From Candidatus Zhuqueibacterota bacterium (lineage in GTDB: Bacteria; Zhuqueibacterota; Zhuqueibacteria; Thermofontimicrobiales; Thermofontimicrobiaceae), in contig JAPDPQ010000001.1 of assembly GCA_034506395.1 (NCBI GenBank), forward strand, positions 4,435 through 68,434: a DNA stretch of 64,000 nt. The letters run 5' to 3'. The notes beneath the pieces were generated by a model. The model had not been told where the DNA came from, did not search any database, and worked only from the letters and a program-made list of their open reading frames with translations. The position numbers and the translations under genes were made by a program. Positions 61,077 to 64,000 of this stretch are shown in pieces (within the stretch, counting starts at the first letter, position 1; every line of letters begins with the position of its first letter).

Positions 61077-62882
61077 GTGAACAATATGTCAATCGAGCTC
61101 ATTAGAAATTTCTCAATTATCGCACATATCGATCACGGAAAATCGACGTTAGCGGATCGGTTATTGGAGGCAACTGGCACGCTTCGCAAAGAGGAGATGG
61201 TCGATCAGGTTCTCGATAGTATGGATTTGGAACGGGAACGGGGGATTACAATCAAGGCCCATGCCATTACCATGACTTATCATGCTGACGATCATAAAAC
61301 CTACACCTTGAATTTGATCGACACTCCAGGCCATGTCGATTTTTCTTATGAAGTTTCGCGCAGCTTGGCGGCGTGCGAAGGCGCAATCTTGGTAGTTGAT
61401 GCCACGCAGGGCGTCGAAGCCCAAACGATTAGCAATCTCTATTTGGCGTTGGAAAACAATCTCGAGATCATTCCCGTGATCAATAAAATTGACATGCAGA
61501 ACGCCCGAATCGATGCGGTAAAACAACAGATCGTCGAAATCATGGGAATAGACGAGCGTGATATTTTATTATGCAGTGCTCGGGAGGGAATTGGCATCCA
61601 TGAGTTACTGGAGGCGGTTGTCCATCGGATTCCACCGCCGAAGGGCGATCCAACCGCACCGTTGCAAGCATTGATTTTCGATTCCATGTTTAATAGTTAT
61701 CGAGGCGCGATCGCTTATATCCGGGTTTTTCAGGGGGAGATTTATACAGGGATGCCCATAAAATTCTTCTCTCATGATAAAATTTATGAAGTGGCTGAAG
61801 TGGGCATTTTGAAATTGAAGAATATCCCTCGCGATCGATTAACTGTGGGAGAAGTTGGATATGTTATCGCTGGTGCAAAAGAGGTAAAGGATACTAAGGT
61901 CGGCGATACCATCACCTCCGCAGAGAATCCAGCGCCAAAACCGCTGCCTGGTTATCGAGAAGCCAAACCTATGGTGTTTAGCAGCCTCTTTCCAGCAAAA
62001 AATGAGGATTATGAAGATCTTCGGGATGCTTTGGAGCGTCTTAAGCTCAATGATGCTGCATTGGTATTTGAACCTGAGAATTCGCTCGCCCTCGGTTTTG
62101 GGTTTCGCTGTGGCTTTCTGGGATTGCTCCACATGGAGATCATTCAGGAGCGGCTAGAGCGTGAATATCATCTAAATTTGGTCAATACCCTTCCCAGTGT
62201 CGCGTTTCGAGTTCATAAGACCAATGGGGAAATCGTCATGGTGGATAACCCTGTTAAAATGCCTCCAGCAGGAAACATCAAGTTGATCGAAGAACCCTAT
62301 GTTCGCGCTGACATTTTAACTCCTATTGAATACATCGGTAACATCATGAAGATCGCACAGGAGCGGCGCGGCATATATAAAAACACCGATTACCTCGATC
62401 CCACGCGGGCGAATCTTCATTATGAGTTTCCCTTAGCAGAGATCATTTATGATTTTTATGACAAATTGAAATCGGTGAGCAAAGGTTACGCATCTTTCGA
62501 TTATGAATTTCTCAATTATCAGCCGGGCGATCTAATCAAATTGGATATTCTAATCAATAAAGAACCTGTGGACGCCCTGTCGATCATCATTCATCGTTCC
62601 AAGGGTTACGAATGGGGCCGAAAGGTTTGCCAGAAGCTCAAGGAACTGATCCCTCGGCAAATGTTTGAAGTGGTGATTCAGTCGGCAATTGGAAGCAAAA
62701 TCATTGCAAGGGAAACAATTCGACCATTGCGGAAAAATGTTACCGCGAAATGCTACGGAGGCGATATCACGCGCAAAAGGAAGTTGCTGGAAAAACAAAA
62801 GGAGGGAAAAAAGCGGATGAAACAATTGGGGAGTGTCGAGGTGCCTCAGGAAGCGTTCTTGGCGGTGTTAAAGGTGGATTGA
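61077..62882 (+). CDS. lepA: Translation elongation factor 4
   Basis: [25 protein letters not shown]...[37 protein letters not shown]... and the LepA-specific C-terminal domain. Confidence 0.9.
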   Translation: MNNMSIELIRNFSIIAHIDHGKSTLADRLLEATGTLRKEEMVDQVLDSMDLERERGITIKAHAITMTYHADDHKTYTLNLIDTPGHVDFSYEVSRSLAACEGAILVVDATQGVEAQTISNLYLALENNLEIIPVINKIDMQNARIDAVKQQIVEIMGIDERDILLCSAREGIGIHELLEAVVHRIPPPKGDPTAPLQALIFDSMFNSYRGAIAYIRVFQGEIYTGMPIKFFSHDKIYEVAEVGILKLKNIPRDRLTVGEVGYVIAGAKEVKDTKVGDTITSAENPAPKPLPGYREAKPMVFSSLFPAKNEDYEDLRDALERLKLNDAALVFEPENSLALGFGFRCGFLGLLHMEIIQERLEREYHLNLVNTLPSVAFRVHKTNGEIVMVDNPVKMPPAGNIKLIEEPYVRADILTPIEYIGNIMKIAQERRGIYKNTDYLDPTRANLHYEFPLAEIIYDFYDKLKSVSKGYASFDYEFLNYQPGDLIKLDILINKEPVDALSIIIHRSKGYEWGRKVCQKLKELIPRQMFEVVIQSAIGSKIIARETIRPLRKNVTAKCYGGDITRKRKLLEKQKEGKKRMKQLGSVEVPQEAFLAVLKVD

Positions 62883-63221
62883 ACTTATTGGACCATATCG
62901 AGCTGAGCGAATTAAATATGGCTCTTGACGATCCGCATCGAAAATCAATCAGAGGTCTGATTGTGAACTTTTGAAGCCTCTTGACTGATTGAAATCATGA
63001 GAATGTCCTGGACCTATGAATCCAAGGCTCTTGGATAACTTATTTGGCGGATGAAATAAATCGGGTTGCAAAGGAGACAAGCTCGCGGATGAAGCGACTG
63101 CGGATCAATATCGCTTCTTTGCCTGATCTGTAATGGTGAAACCGCGCTCAACCGTCTCCCGTATTGAAAGGTCGCATTTTTATAATTCTCAAAAAGATTT
63201 TCAAGCGAAAGGAGCTCTCCG

Positions 63222-63980
63222 TTGATCGAGGCAATTCATCTAACCAAGCGATTTGATGGGCTGGTAGCTGTTAATGATCTCAATCTCCAGGTTCATAGAG
63301 AACTTTTTGTATTTCTCGGTCCGAATGGCGCAGGAAAAACGACAACCATTAAAATGATGACGGGGCTATTGCGCCCGAATTCTGGAACGGTTCGAATCGA
63401 GGGCTATGATCTGTTACAGCAACCCATTGAAGCCAAGAGAATGTTCGGCTTGGTCCCAGACACCCCAGTGCTTTACGATAAATTGACACTCAAGGAATTT
63501 TTGCAGTTCATCGCCGATCTGTATGAAGTGGAACGTTCGACCTTCCGTCGACGTTTTGCCAATCTTGTAGAATTGTTTGAGCTCGAAGATAAGATCGATG
63601 AATTGATCCAAAATTTTTCTCACGGCATGAAACAAAAGGCAATTTTGGCCGCCGCGCTGATCCATGACCCAAAAGTGTTATTTTTAGATGAACCGACTGT
63701 GGGATTAGACCCTAAGAGCGCGAGAAAATTGAAGGATCTGCTCCGAGGCTTGATAGAACAAGGGGTCACAATATTCATGTCCACGCACATTCTTGAAATT
63801 GCCGAAGCGATGTGCGATCGCGTGGGAATCATCGATAAAGGGAAATTGATAGCCTGCGGCACGATGCAGGAATTGCGTTTAAAATCTAAAAGACATGACA
63901 CCAGTTTGGAATCTATTTTTCTGGAACTCACTGGGGGCGATGAATATCATGATGTAATCAAATATTTGGAAGAAAAGTAG
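63222..63980 (+). CDS. ABC transporter ATP-binding protein (ABC-2 type)
   Basis: Walker A GPNGAGKTT, signature LSGGMKQK-like (FSHGMKQK), Walker B LFLDEPTVGLD; TTG start with AAGGAG RBS. Confidence 0.85.
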   Translation: MIEAIHLTKRFDGLVAVNDLNLQVHRELFVFLGPNGAGKTTTIKMMTGLLRPNSGTVRIEGYDLLQQPIEAKRMFGLVPDTPVLYDKLTLKEFLQFIADLYEVERSTFRRRFANLVELFELEDKIDELIQNFSHGMKQKAILAAALIHDPKVLFLDEPTVGLDPKSARKLKDLLRGLIEQGVTIFMSTHILEIAEAMCDRVGIIDKGKLIACGTMQELRLKSKRHDTSLESIFLELTGGDEYHDVIKYLEEK

Positions 63981-64000
63981 CCATGAACTTTCATCAGCTT

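Overview
Bacterial chromosomal window, about 46% GC, with Shine-Dalgarno sites and dense coding on both strands. A giant subtilisin-family (S8) protease ends in a C-terminal domain that looks like a type IX secretion (T9SS) sorting signal, which suggests a Fibrobacteres-Chlorobi-Bacteroidetes-group organism such as Calditrichota or Ignavibacteria; this is inference only. Housekeeping genes fill most of the window: a partial fused 3-isopropylmalate-dehydratase-type large/small-subunit protein, lgt, nadE, tsaD, the rpsF-ssb-rpsR-rplI cluster, a membrane H+/Na+-pyrophosphatase, ctc/rplY, prs, tRNA-Gln(UUG), spoVG, ispE, a class A penicillin-binding protein, lspA, guaB, rpsT and lepA. The standout is a bacterial microcompartment (BMC) locus of roughly 10 kb at about 2.3-12.6 kb. 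Its signature enzyme is a single polypeptide fusing an RpiB/LacAB-family sugar-phosphate isomerase to deoxyribose-5-phosphate aldolase (DeoC), which releases acetaldehyde. The locus also encodes a CoA-acylating aldehyde dehydrogenase with an N-terminal encapsulation-peptide-like helix, one hexameric shell protein (BMC-H), a permuted-type and a canonical tandem-domain shell protein (BMC-T), three pentameric vertex proteins (BMC-P), a class II aldolase and a DUF89 sugar-phosphate phosphatase. A GNAT acetyltransferase sits among the shell genes and an ECF sigma/anti-sigma pair lies immediately upstream. This composition fits the bioinformatically defined but experimentally uncharacterised sugar-phosphate-utilizing (SPU-like) class of metabolosomes. 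About 25 kb downstream on the opposite strand, a thymidine phosphorylase and a PGM/PMM-family mutase (phosphopentomutase candidate) could feed deoxyribose-5-phosphate to the BMC. A glycyl-radical enzyme with no activase in the window is a separate item. No CRISPR arrays, transposases or integrases were seen.
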